This document shows, piece after piece, positions 37,683-46,235 of a stretch of 64,000 nt of DNA. The notes below the pieces were generated by a model. That model was not told the DNA's origin. It did not search any database and saw only the letters and a program-made list of their open reading frames with translations. Location of the stretch: the NCBI GenBank assembly GCA_014435945.1, contig GCA_014435945.1_4088.1, one strand, 5' to 3'. Within the stretch, counting starts at the first letter, position 1. Each line of letters begins with the position of its first letter. This stretch comes from a phage. A program made the position numbers and the translations under genes.

Positions 37683-37886
37683 GCTATTATATACGCATAG
37701 ACAAAAACTAGCCCACAGGGTGCATAAGTGTATCCAAAATATATAGTTAATAACGGTGAGTAACTATCTGCTGGTGGAGTGAAAACTATTAATAAAAAAA
37801 AGTATTGACAAAGTATATCAGTACTGCAATAATGTATCTCGTAGGGCGGCAATGGTGCGACGGCCCACAAAGTTAGGAGATTCAAA

Positions 37887-38219
37887 ATGACTACTTCAAT
37901 CGCTATCGTTAAAGCTTTCATCCGTACTAATGTTTCCTCTGTATTCATCGACGGCCTCGACCGTAACGTAGAATACTCAATCATTATCGCACAAACGGCA
38001 AACGGTTCTCGGTACATCCTGAATGATAGTGAAGCAAATCACTACTACTTCACTAAAGCCACTGGCTTTAAACGCATCGATGCTGATGTAGTATACGCTA
38101 AGATGAATAAGCTGGTAGACAAGATTAACGCGAAAGGTACTATCGATTTACAGTACTGGACCGAAACCGATCCAGAATATGGATCTCACCGCTACCTGAA
38201 TCCAGGTATTAAAATGTAA
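37887..38219 (+). CDS. hypothetical protein
   Basis: 110 aa; SD TTAGGAGA. Confidence 0.6.
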   Translation: MTTSIAIVKAFIRTNVSSVFIDGLDRNVEYSIIIAQTANGSRYILNDSEANHYYFTKATGFKRIDADVVYAKMNKLVDKINAKGTIDLQYWTETDPEYGSHRYLNPGIKM

Positions 38220-38308
38220 AAAGTACTTGCATAGTACTTAGATTCATGTATAATGTTTTACATAGAGAGGGGGAAATGGTTCTCCCTCCTAAATTAAGGA
38301 GTTTTATC

Positions 38309-38710
38309 ATGACCTTCTCAATCACTTCCTTCGCTGACGTTTTAGTACTGGCTCGGACTTTTGGTAAAGATGCACTGGAGTACGCTGTAAGTAATGGCAC
38401 TATCCAACCGGAACAGTGCCGCATCATTGGAAACTGCAAACGTTGGGCGGTATCCAATACTATTGCACTGGAAAACTTCAACGATGGCAACAATGAATAT
38501 TCTGTTGATGTAGTATTCGAAGCCGTAGACCTGGGCGGTATCTATAACACTAACCTGAATGATGTGCGTATCGTTCGCACTGGCTTCGGTGCTTATGATG
38601 TATCTATCCGTGAAGCTATGGACAAGGGATACATTAGCAAGGACTTACTTGCTCACATCATGCAGCTATGGACGGAACGTAACGAAGCACGTACTATCTT
38701 AGGGCTGTAA
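38309..38710 (+). CDS. hypothetical protein
   Basis: Start moved to ATG 38309 (MTFSITSFADV). Confidence 0.58.
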   Translation: MTFSITSFADVLVLARTFGKDALEYAVSNGTIQPEQCRIIGNCKRWAVSNTIALENFNDGNNEYSVDVVFEAVDLGGIYNTNLNDVRIVRTGFGAYDVSIREAMDKGYISKDLLAHIMQLWTERNEARTILGL

Positions 38711-38734
38711 GCAATACACATCACCAAACATCAT

Positions 38735-38754
38735 AGGCCGCTCTCTAGCGGCCT
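38735..38754 (+). terminator. Hairpin AGGCCGC-tctcta-GCGGCCT (terminator-like, no T-run)
   Basis: Perfect 7-bp inverted repeat after stop. Confidence 0.35.
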
Positions 38755-38778
38755 TAACTATATCAGGAGTACATACAC

Positions 38779-38988
38779 ATGATCTATACAGTATACAACG
38801 TTCTAGGCACTATTGCAGGCGTACATGATAACGTCGATAGTGCTATGCGTACAGTACTGCAACAGGTTCCACTAAAGCCTAAGACCATTAAGCAGATGAC
38901 AGCACGACTAACCAGGGCGACGGCTGGCGTGGAAGTATGGCAGGACTATGGGGATACACAGATAATCGTAAGCGTAACGAAGGATTAA
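38779..38988 (+). CDS. hypothetical protein
   Basis: 69 aa; SD CAGGAG. Confidence 0.55.
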   Translation: MIYTVYNVLGTIAGVHDNVDSAMRTVLQQVPLKPKTIKQMTARLTRATAGVEVWQDYGDTQIIVSVTKD

Positions 38989-39019
38989 TGCGTAAAGGGA
39001 TCTAGTACTGATTCAGAAA

Positions 39020-39083
39020 AAAGTCAAGGCGTTTTTAAAATTATGCGTTAAAAAAATGCATAGGTAATCCCTTGACTTTTTTG
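39020..39083 (+). terminator. Long inverted repeat AAAAAAGTCAAGG ... CCTTGACTTTTTT (13-bp arms, ~38-nt spacer)
   Basis: Perfect complementarity; sits between early region and family B operon. Confidence 0.4.
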
Positions 39084-39179
39084 AAATAAAAGGGATTGGA
39101 CTATGGCAAAATGCGTAGGGGGCTAAAGGGCGGGTAACCTTAGCGACTTCGATAAAGGGGTATTACTTATAAAATGTTA

Positions 39180-39207
39180 TTGACTTTTTATATGAATCGT
39201 ATATTAT
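39180..39207 (+). promoter_or_regulatory. sigma70-like promoter for family B operon (TTGACT..TATATTAT)
   Basis: Immediately upstream of first family B gene; AT-rich. Confidence 0.45.
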
Positions 39208-39237
39208 TGGATTGATATTATTTTTAATGGAGTCCCT

Positions 39238-39435
39238 ATGCGTATTTTAACTCAAGAAGAGCACAACCACACACTCATATCCAACATGGCATATATCCTA
39301 CATATGTCACATATCCGTGGTATTGCATATAAGCGTGAATTGGTTATGAAACTTTTCATAGGAACTAACTATCAAGAAAAGTATATCGAACTATACTTAC
39401 AAGAATTACGAAGGGACATAAAAGGTAGACTATGA
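39238..39435 (+). CDS. small protein, paralog family B ([LF]GTNYQE motif)
   Basis: 65 aa; FIGTNYQEKYIELYLQELRRDIKGRL. Confidence 0.65.
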   Translation: MRILTQEEHNHTLISNMAYILHMSHIRGIAYKRELVMKLFIGTNYQEKYIELYLQELRRDIKGRL

Positions 39436-39632
39436 AAATGCGTATTTTAAATAAAGAAGATTATCAAGAACTGTTACGTAAAAACATGGTAAAGATTTAT
39501 AACACAGACACAAACTTAGAACGAATTGAGTTATACCTTTTGATTACATTGGGAACAAGCTATCAGGGAAGATGGGTGATTCAATATATGGATGCATTGA
39601 AAAATGAAATATTATCCACGAGGAAACAATGA
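39432..39632 (+). CDS. small protein, paralog family B
   Basis: ATGA overlap; LGTSYQGRWVIQYMDAL. Confidence 0.65.
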   Translation: MKMRILNKEDYQELLRKNMVKIYNTDTNLERIELYLLITLGTSYQGRWVIQYMDALKNEILSTRKQ

Positions 39633-39838
39633 AAACTATAACACGAACCCAATCATACGGTCTTATCTTGAGATACATGGACTTAATGTTGGATATCAGA
39701 AAAGACCTTCCTAAAACTGCAATTGAAGTTGCAAGAGCAGAGATCCGCATGTTGGCTGTACTGAACACAAACCATCAGGAAGAGTATGTTGACGATTGGA
39801 TTCGATTTTTAATAGAAGATATTAAGAGGAAACTATGA
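39629..39838 (+). CDS. small protein, paralog family B
   Basis: Overlap; VLNTNHQEEYVDDWIRFL. Confidence 0.65.
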   Translation: MKTITRTQSYGLILRYMDLMLDIRKDLPKTAIEVARAEIRMLAVLNTNHQEEYVDDWIRFLIEDIKRKL

Positions 39839-40047
39839 TTTTTTTAACACCAGAAGAATATAAGATACGTTTTGTTTCTGTCCAGAATAAAATCTTAATT
39901 ATATACAATTCAAATGCAGACCTTAACTTATCAAGGGTATTAGAAAAAGATTTACTTATGGGTGCATTTTTGGATACAGACTTTCAGGTGTATTATGTAG
40001 GGGAATACTTAATTGCACTCCAGAATTACATTAAGAGTAAACTATGA
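39835..40047 (+). CDS. small protein, paralog family B
   Basis: Overlap; FLDTDFQVYYVGEYLIAL. Confidence 0.65.
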   Translation: MIFLTPEEYKIRFVSVQNKILIIYNSNADLNLSRVLEKDLLMGAFLDTDFQVYYVGEYLIALQNYIKSKL

Positions 40048-40256
40048 ATAGCATTAACTCAAATCTATATACCGAACGCGTCGCTGCCAGACAACTTGAA
40101 ATTCTCATAGTATATGAAGAGACTGATGATTTAAACTTAGCATTAGTATTGGAAAATGATATACTATTGGGTGCATTCCTCGGCACAGACTATCAGGAGC
40201 ACTTCTTGAATGAGTATATAATTGCACTCCAGAAATACATTAAGAGCAAACTATGA
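40044..40256 (+). CDS. small protein, paralog family B
   Basis: Close paralog of 39835 (shared C-term ALQ.YIKSKL). Confidence 0.65.
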   Translation: MNSINSNLYTERVAARQLEILIVYEETDDLNLALVLENDILLGAFLGTDYQEHFLNEYIIALQKYIKSKL

Positions 40257-40471
40257 AACATTTAAGTAATTACGAGAAGAATAAAATTATCGTTGCTGCA
40301 ATAAACAAATATTTTACACTTCCTCACACAGAAGGTTTATGTGTAAGGGAACACAGGATAAACACCACCGATATACGCATGATGGCTGTACTGGGGACGA
40401 ACTTTCAGGAAGAGTATGTTGTTGCACACATAGTTGCCCTCACTGATTTAATAAGGGACAAATGCAAATGA
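40253..40471 (+). CDS. small protein, paralog family B
   Basis: VLGTNFQEEYVVAHIVAL. Confidence 0.65.
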   Translation: MKHLSNYEKNKIIVAAINKYFTLPHTEGLCVREHRINTTDIRMMAVLGTNFQEEYVVAHIVALTDLIRDKCK

Positions 40472-40686
40472 AAGACATAAACACTCAAGAATATCTTAAA
40501 CGATTAGAACAAGGGAAGAACTTTAGACTTCAAGTTTACGATGATGAATCACTAACATCCAATGAAAAGTATGTTATACTAACAGACTCAACATTAATAC
40601 CATTTGTAGGAACAAACTATCAGGAGGTTATGGTAGACAACCACATCACGGCCTTAAAATGTCATGTCAGGGATTTAGGTAAATGA
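40462..40686 (+). CDS. small protein, paralog family B
   Basis: FVGTNYQEVMVDNHITAL. Confidence 0.65.
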   Translation: MQMKDINTQEYLKRLEQGKNFRLQVYDDESLTSNEKYVILTDSTLIPFVGTNYQEVMVDNHITALKCHVRDLGK

Positions 40687-40940
40687 AACACTTAACTGAT
40701 GATGAATTTGAAACTATAATTCGTAAACTAACCCCCATCACAAGGATAGTCTACGGTGACCCCAGCCTTACATGGAACCAAATGCGAGCTAAAGTTAATG
40801 AGCTATGGTTGCTGTACTTTATGGGGACTCAATATCAAGATAAGTTTTGCACAGAATATATCGAACAATTAACGAATGTTATACAGGATAAACTAGATGA
40901 TTATTTGCTCACAAAACATGAAGACTTTATCAGGAGTTGA
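40683..40940 (+). CDS. small protein, paralog family B
   Basis: FMGTQYQDKFCTEYIEQL. Confidence 0.65.
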   Translation: MKHLTDDEFETIIRKLTPITRIVYGDPSLTWNQMRAKVNELWLLYFMGTQYQDKFCTEYIEQLTNVIQDKLDDYLLTKHEDFIRS

Positions 40941-41169
40941 GTATCAAACTGCCCTATTCTCTTTAATCCATACCCTTAGAAAAAACAATGCCTTACATGG
41001 TGCACCTGAAGTGGATGTTATCAACGGTGAACTTTATCTTATGAAATTCATTGGAACAAACTATCAAGATCTGTTCATTCAACGATACTTATCAGCATTA
41101 AGAAACCAAATCCAATATAAAACCATCAAGGCCAAAAAAGAATGGAATAAACAATGCGACACAGACTAA
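40918..41169 (+). CDS. small protein, paralog family B
   Basis: Start moved to ATG 40918; FIGTNYQDLFIQRYLSAL. Confidence 0.6.
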   Translation: MKTLSGVEYQTALFSLIHTLRKNNALHGAPEVDVINGELYLMKFIGTNYQDLFIQRYLSALRNQIQYKTIKAKKEWNKQCDTD

Positions 41170-41405
41170 ATCACAAAATGTATTGTAAACTATTACAGAC
41201 ACTGGCACAGAAACACTATGACACGGTATCTGAAATATTACCCTATGATATCATGCGTTTACTTCACTGTGAGGCCGAGATGCTTGTACTGATGACAGGC
41301 ACAGATAAAAAAGCAATTGCCAAATCAATAGATATGTTCATCGAAGCACAATGTCAACACATTAGAACCGAGATATGGAGGCGAGAGAATGATAACCCTA
41401 AATGA
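41154..41405 (+). CDS. small protein, paralog family B (divergent)
   Basis: LMTGTDKKAIAKSIDMFIE. Confidence 0.55.
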   Translation: MRHRLNHKMYCKLLQTLAQKHYDTVSEILPYDIMRLLHCEAEMLVLMTGTDKKAIAKSIDMFIEAQCQHIRTEIWRRENDNPK

Positions 41406-41604
41406 GTATCAGTATCATTGGAGGTTACAAGCTATAAGAAGGAAAGTTGTTAGTATTTCTTTAGACAAGTCTATTGCACAAGAGGACAAATGTGTTATAA
41501 TAGCTGAAATGAAGTTGGGTGCTTTCGTAGGAACAAACTATCAAAACATCTACACTGACGTATTGTTAAGTGCCTTACGTAACAAGGTGATATCAAAAGA
41601 ATGA
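41389..41604 (+). CDS. small protein, paralog family B
   Basis: FVGTNYQNIYTDVLLSAL. Confidence 0.65.
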   Translation: MITLNEYQYHWRLQAIRRKVVSISLDKSIAQEDKCVIIAEMKLGAFVGTNYQNIYTDVLLSALRNKVISKE

Positions 41605-41819
41605 GAAAATTACAAGGCTTTGAATACATCAGACTCCTGAAAACATGTGCCAACAGAAGAGTAAAGATTCAATCTGATAAGAGCATCCCTGCCAACCTAA
41701 AACATGCAATGATAGCTGAACTCTATGCAGGGGCACTCATAGGGACAAACTATCAACAAATGTATATAGACATGTGGGTTGATGCATTAGTCAAGGAGAT
41801 CCAAAGTAAATGCAAATGA
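41601..41819 (+). CDS. small protein, paralog family B
   Basis: LIGTNYQQMYIDMWVDAL. Confidence 0.65.
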   Translation: MRKLQGFEYIRLLKTCANRRVKIQSDKSIPANLKHAMIAELYAGALIGTNYQQMYIDMWVDALVKEIQSKCK

Positions 41820-42028
41820 TTAATTTAAGTAAAGATGAATATTATGATCGTCTTGCAAAAACTTATCCAGCACGTAACGCCGTTTATAATAGTAACATTA
41901 TTGAACGCTCAAAGAAGTTGATTGTAGTGAATGAGATTAAGATGCTTTCAGTCTTAGGAACAAACTATCAAGAGAATGCTGTACTGTTGTTAATTGATGC
42001 CCTCCAGAGAGAGATACAAAGTAAATGA
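41810..42028 (+). CDS. small protein, paralog family B
   Basis: VLGTNYQENAVLLLIDAL. Confidence 0.65.
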   Translation: MQMINLSKDEYYDRLAKTYPARNAVYNSNIIERSKKLIVVNEIKMLSVLGTNYQENAVLLLIDALQREIQSK

Positions 42029-42261
42029 TTAATTTATCTTTCCATGAATATCAAAAACGTTTAAATGCATCAAGGGATATAAGGATTCAAATCTTCAATA
42101 ACAAAAAATTGAAACCTGACACCAGAAGAATCAAAATAATAGAAGCAGAGTTATGCAACTTCCTGGGGACGAACCATCAGGAAGGTAAGATAAAAAACTA
42201 TCTTAGAGAACTAATGAATTGTATCGAAAATAAATGCGATGCTTTGGAGAATAAAAAATGA
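42025..42261 (+). CDS. small protein, paralog family B
   Basis: FLGTNHQEGKIKNYLREL. Confidence 0.65.
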   Translation: MINLSFHEYQKRLNASRDIRIQIFNNKKLKPDTRRIKIIEAELCNFLGTNHQEGKIKNYLRELMNCIENKCDALENKK

Positions 42262-42515
42262 TCAATTTAAGTAAAGATGAATATACCGAGCGTATGACAA
42301 AAATCTCACCTAAACGTAATGCAATCTATTACAGCCAAGAAATTCCACACAGTAAGAAGATGATTATGTATCGTGAGTTAAAGATGGGTATGTTCTTAGG
42401 AACAAACTATCAAGAACCAGAAGTAAATCGCTTAATAAATGAATTACTCATGGAAATCAGAGGTAAGCTGTACTTTCATCAAATGACCCAGCCACTGAGG
42501 TGTACTAAGAAATGA
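42258..42515 (+). CDS. small protein, paralog family B
   Basis: FLGTNYQEPEVNRLINEL. Confidence 0.65.
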   Translation: MINLSKDEYTERMTKISPKRNAIYYSQEIPHSKKMIMYRELKMGMFLGTNYQEPEVNRLINELLMEIRGKLYFHQMTQPLRCTKK

Positions 42516-42727
42516 TCAACATCACATTGCAAGAAAGATTCATCCGAATCAACTATGCAATTACCAAATTAGATGCTACTATAGACAACCAAAGTTTACC
42601 GTTCAAAACAAGAATGATATTAGAGTGCGAAGCCAAGTTAGGTGTACTGTTAGGGACGCAACACCAACAACGATATGTGGAAATCTGGATTGATCTTTTA
42701 ACCCAAAATGCACATGAGAGAATGTAA
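42512..42727 (+). CDS. small protein, paralog family B
   Basis: LLGTQHQQRYVEIWIDLL. Confidence 0.65.
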   Translation: MINITLQERFIRINYAITKLDATIDNQSLPFKTRMILECEAKLGVLLGTQHQQRYVEIWIDLLTQNAHERM

Positions 42728-42958
42728 ATGCAAAAGGAAATGATATACTTAACACATGATGAATTTCAAGAGAAGATGTTAAAAGCCAATAACATTACTC
42801 TTAAGTTCGTTCCAAATCAATCAATATATGAAATGTCTGCGAATGTATTGTTTCAGAAGCTACCATACGTTCTTGGAACTGATAAACAAGAATTTATGGT
42901 TCAAAATATGATTGAGCATCTTGCAATGAGTATTATGGAAAAAGTAAATGCAAAATGA
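42728..42958 (+). CDS. small protein, paralog family B
   Basis: VLGTDKQEFMVQNMIEHL. Confidence 0.65.
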   Translation: MQKEMIYLTHDEFQEKMLKANNITLKFVPNQSIYEMSANVLFQKLPYVLGTDKQEFMVQNMIEHLAMSIMEKVNAK

Positions 42959-43190
42959 AATGAAATACTTAACATATAATGAATACGTCGAGAGATTAGT
43001 TAGTGCCAAGAGATATGCCAATCAACTTCCTAATGATCCAAACCAAACCCCAGAGGAAAAGAATGCGGAAGCTCTATTCCAAGCACTACCATACCTTCTT
43101 GGAACTGATAGGCAGGAGTATCACGTTGAACGTATAATTAAATCTCTTAAAATCACTATTAAGGAAAAAGTAAATGCAAAAGCAAAATGA
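42948..43190 (+). CDS. small protein, paralog family B
   Basis: LLGTDRQEYHVERIIKSL. Confidence 0.65.
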   Translation: MQNEMKYLTYNEYVERLVSAKRYANQLPNDPNQTPEEKNAEALFQALPYLLGTDRQEYHVERIIKSLKITIKEKVNAKAK

Positions 43191-43437
43191 AATGAAATAC
43201 TTAACAGACGATGAGTTAAAAGAACGATTAATTAAATCCAGAAAACTTACAAATCAACTTCCAATCGACACAAACAAGTCACATGCCGAAAGGAGTGCAG
43301 AAGTTTTATACATTCAACTCCTGTACTTTCTTGGAACTGACAGACAAGAGTATTACATTGAAAGTATGCTTCGATATCTTAAATTCTCTATAAAGGAAAA
43401 GGTACATGCTCAAGAATTTAAAAATCCTAACAGTTAA
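43174..43437 (+). CDS. small protein, paralog family B
   Basis: FLGTDRQEYYIESMLRYL; start may be 43192. Confidence 0.6.
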   Translation: MQKQNEMKYLTDDELKERLIKSRKLTNQLPIDTNKSHAERSAEVLYIQLLYFLGTDRQEYYIESMLRYLKFSIKEKVHAQEFKNPNS

Positions 43438-43648
43438 TGAATATCATAAGATTGTAATGAAAACTAATAGTGAAATTTCTAAAAAATCAAACCCAAAGTA
43501 CATACTGGAACACACATTCGAAGAACGTCAATTAGCTCTAGTTGAAGCAAAACTTCTTGCACTCCTAGGAACAAACTATCAGGAAGAATACATCAGAAAA
43601 CTAATATACCTTTTAACTAAACACATCAGGAAAAGAAAAAAAGCATGA
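43406..43648 (+). CDS. small protein, paralog family B
   Basis: LLGTNYQEEYIRKLIYLL. Confidence 0.62.
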   Translation: MLKNLKILTVNEYHKIVMKTNSEISKKSNPKYILEHTFEERQLALVEAKLLALLGTNYQEEYIRKLIYLLTKHIRKRKKA

Positions 43649-43875
43649 AACACTTGACAGATGATGAACATGGGCTTATAGTAATGGATGTAATCAACAT
43701 CGAATACAAAAAGTTGATACGCTACCGTTGTTATGAAGATAAGCAACTCGTTCTAGCAGAACAGAAGTTGTTTCGACTCTTAAACACAAACTTCCAAGCA
43801 CAATACGAAGAATCGTATTTGTACCTACTGTCGAGGAAAGCAAAAAGAGATTATGAAAATTTTAAACCACAGTGA
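43645..43875 (+). CDS. small protein, paralog family B
   Basis: LLNTNFQAQYEESYLYLL. Confidence 0.62.
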   Translation: MKHLTDDEHGLIVMDVINIEYKKLIRYRCYEDKQLVLAEQKLFRLLNTNFQAQYEESYLYLLSRKAKRDYENFKPQ

Positions 43876-44068
43876 ACAAACAGAATTGTTAATCTTTAAT
43901 ACAAGTAAATTCTTAAACATAACATTGTCTGATATAGATGAGGATGAAAAAGAGTTACTTAGAGCAGATTTAAGAGTTCTTTTATATGTTGGAACTAACT
44001 TCCAAGAGCAATTCGTTGAGGACTACATCGATGAACTTAAAGAATCTGTACTGAGAACATGCAAATGA
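43853..44068 (+). CDS. small protein, paralog family B
   Basis: YVGTNFQEQFVEDYIDEL. Confidence 0.65.
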   Translation: MKILNHSEQTELLIFNTSKFLNITLSDIDEDEKELLRADLRVLLYVGTNFQEQFVEDYIDELKESVLRTCK

Positions 44069-44292
44069 AAATCCTTTCACCAAGTGAATACCACGAACTA
44101 TTAAGTAGTTTAATTCTAAAATTGTATATAGCAAAGACCACAGATTTACCTGATGAAGAAAAAAATATTCTAATGAGTGAAATCTATGTTAATTCTACCC
44201 TAGGGACTAACTATCAAGAATGTAATATTAATGATTACATCAATGAACTAAAAAGGTTTATCCAATGCAAATGCGAATCATTACCGAAGTAG
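44059..44292 (+). CDS. small protein, paralog family B
   Basis: TLGTNYQECNINDYINEL. Confidence 0.65.
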   Translation: MQMKILSPSEYHELLSSLILKLYIAKTTDLPDEEKNILMSEIYVNSTLGTNYQECNINDYINELKRFIQCKCESLPK

Positions 44293-44507
44293 AATACCTA
44301 ACAATCATAAATGGACTGTTTTCGAAGTTATTTGCCATTAACACATCAAAACTTCCAGATACTGATAAAATTATTAAGTTAAATGAAATCTACGTTCAAG
44401 CTACTCTAGGAACAAACTATCAAGAAGCCAATGTGTATAATTACATTAATACACTCAAAAGGGTAATACAATTAAAATGCACAGACAGCACACACACAAA
44501 CCCCTAG
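44265..44507 (+). CDS. small protein, paralog family B
   Basis: TLGTNYQEANVYNYINTL. Confidence 0.65.
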   Translation: MQMRIITEVEYLTIINGLFSKLFAINTSKLPDTDKIIKLNEIYVQATLGTNYQEANVYNYINTLKRVIQLKCTDSTHTNP

Positions 44508-44707
44508 GAACAGCAGAATACATTGAACTAATGGCTGCAAACTTCTCATCCTTTAAGAAACTGATGCAAGAATCAAATAATGATTTAGAATATCATATCA
44601 AAAGTTCAGATTTAAGATTACTACTCACTCTAGGAACAGACAGTCAGTACAAATTCGTACAGGAGCATATTAGAGCACTTTTAAATGGCATCAGGGATAA
44701 ACTATGA
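44477..44707 (+). CDS. small protein, paralog family B
   Basis: TLGTDSQYKFVQEHIRAL. Confidence 0.62.
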   Translation: MHRQHTHKPLGTAEYIELMAANFSSFKKLMQESNNDLEYHIKSSDLRLLLTLGTDSQYKFVQEHIRALLNGIRDKL

Positions 44708-44919
44708 AGGAAATATCAAATCAAGAGTACTTGGCACTGTTCAGAAAAAATAGTCAAGAATTTCTGAATATTGATACAAGGACTGATATAAGTGAACTTC
44801 AGAAAAATCTTTTGCGTTCAGAGATGATAGTACTGACACTCTTAGGAACACAGCATCAAGAGAGAACTGTTAATTCACACATAGGTATTCTTATACAGAT
44901 TGTACAGGAAAAGATATGA
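44704..44919 (+). CDS. small protein, paralog family B
   Basis: LLGTQHQERTVNSHIGIL. Confidence 0.65.
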   Translation: MKEISNQEYLALFRKNSQEFLNIDTRTDISELQKNLLRSEMIVLTLLGTQHQERTVNSHIGILIQIVQEKI

Positions 44920-45137
44920 GAATCATAACACAACAAGATATTCTTAAGTTCACAAGGGTTCATGCATCTGAATTTGATGCTATATTATCAAAAAGTTACA
45001 ATGACCCTTATACAGAAGATGTACTCTACAATGAATTATGGGTGTATATACTTTTAGGTACAGATCATCAAGAGCAAGCCGTACAGAAGTATTTGACAGC
45101 TTTACGTGATGCTACAGCTAATGGAGTACATGTTTAA
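44916..45137 (+). CDS. small protein, paralog family B
   Basis: LLGTDHQEQAVQKYLTAL. Confidence 0.65.
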   Translation: MRIITQQDILKFTRVHASEFDAILSKSYNDPYTEDVLYNELWVYILLGTDHQEQAVQKYLTALRDATANGVHV

Positions 45138-45138
45138 T

Positions 45139-45390
45139 ATGAAAGTACTGACAGAATTAGAAATGTATCATAGATTTAACAAGTACTATCATTTACTTAA
45201 ACCTATACAGAGGATTAAGTGTCCCTTTGTAGTGAAACAGGTATTAATTTATGAGCATAAGTTATTTGTATCATTAGGTACGAATGAACAAGAGTATTAT
45301 TTGAAGTTGTACTTAATTACATTAATAGATTTAATTCACTATAAAACCACACAATCCAAACAAGCTAATAAAGAGAAATATGAAAACTAA
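45139..45390 (+). CDS. small protein, paralog family B
   Basis: Start moved to ATG 45139; SLGTNEQEYYLKLYLITL. Confidence 0.6.
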   Translation: MKVLTELEMYHRFNKYYHLLKPIQRIKCPFVVKQVLIYEHKLFVSLGTNEQEYYLKLYLITLIDLIHYKTTQSKQANKEKYEN

Positions 45391-45718
45391 TATACAACTC
45401 AAGGTTTATAAATCATTTGCAAGTACATACATCAAATGCTATACATGTAACTATGTAATGGACTACAAAGGTAAGCCATTTACACTTACTTACGATAATA
45501 CAAGAGGTTTTTATATATCTTTTGCTGATTACAAATATAACATATACGAACACATTGACATTGAAGATTTAAGTACTTTATCACCAGAGGAATACTTTCA
45601 GGAATCGTTAGTATGGGATTTGGAGTTTCCTATGCCATTAGTACATAAAATGGTAGTCCAAATGAAAGAAGCTAAACCGGAGTTTAACGGTTATGAAGAA
45701 TACACAATTGAGTATTAA
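45380..45718 (+). CDS. paralog family C protein (EExFQxSL motif)
   Basis: 112 aa; LSPEEYFQESLVWDLEFPMP; embedded between family B genes. Confidence 0.62.
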   Translation: MKTNIQLKVYKSFASTYIKCYTCNYVMDYKGKPFTLTYDNTRGFYISFADYKYNIYEHIDIEDLSTLSPEEYFQESLVWDLEFPMPLVHKMVVQMKEAKPEFNGYEEYTIEY

Positions 45719-45934
45719 ATGAAAAGATTATCATACGAAGATTACACCAATCTTATCAGGACTTTACAACCAGAAATTAAAAGAATTAATTCTCTTCCTA
45801 TATCTAATGAAGAATGTTCAGTACTGAAAGATGAGTTAATCTTAAAACACACAGTAGGAACAAACTATCAAGCAGATAGTGTTCGATATTTAATTTGGGG
45901 GTTGATGTGTCAAATAAAGTCCAGACAAGCTTGA
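45719..45934 (+). CDS. small protein, paralog family B
   Basis: TVGTNYQADSVRYLIWGL. Confidence 0.62.
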   Translation: MKRLSYEDYTNLIRTLQPEIKRINSLPISNEECSVLKDELILKHTVGTNYQADSVRYLIWGLMCQIKSRQA

Positions 45935-45959
45935 CAGTACTCTTCATTACTGCTATAGT
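45931..45959 (+). promoter_or_regulatory. sigma70-like promoter (TTGACA-N17-TATAGT)
   Basis: Upstream of 45990 ORF. Confidence 0.5.
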
Positions 45960-45989
45960 ACACTAACGTTAATCATTAGGGTAAAAATT

Positions 45990-46235
45990 ATGTTAAATTT
46001 TTTAAATTTCCTTATCGTCTTGTGTATTGTTCTTGGGATTGCACCATTTGTATTGTATTTCATGGATTCAGATGAAATGCAGAAGATGAATTGCACAAGG
46101 ACAGGACAGAGTAGAGAAGAGACGATTCTTATGCCTGTTACGGTTATTGTTAACAACATGCCCATTACAAACATGGTCCCTACCCTAACGACAACGTACC
46201 AGTACTCTTGTACAGACGGAGAGAGGTGGAGATAA
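45990..46235 (+). CDS. hypothetical membrane protein
   Basis: 81 aa; hydrophobic N-term FLNFLIVLCIVLGIAPFVLYF. Confidence 0.5.
   Translation: MLNFLNFLIVLCIVLGIAPFVLYFMDSDEMQKMNCTRTGQSREETILMPVTVIVNNMPITNMVPTLTTTYQYSCTDGERWR

Noticed and set aside
19423-38300. Leader hairpins as RNase III processing sites
   Set aside because: The stems are only 6-8 bp, too short for a canonical RNase III substrate; a 5' stabiliser or protein-binding site is more plausible. Left as a hypothesis in the findings.
19006-38988. Possibility that the regularly spaced repeat cassettes are a CRISPR array
   Set aside because: The repeated units are promoter, hairpin and SD consensus sequences spaced 250-600 bp apart with ORFs between them, not 25-50 bp direct repeats with short spacers.
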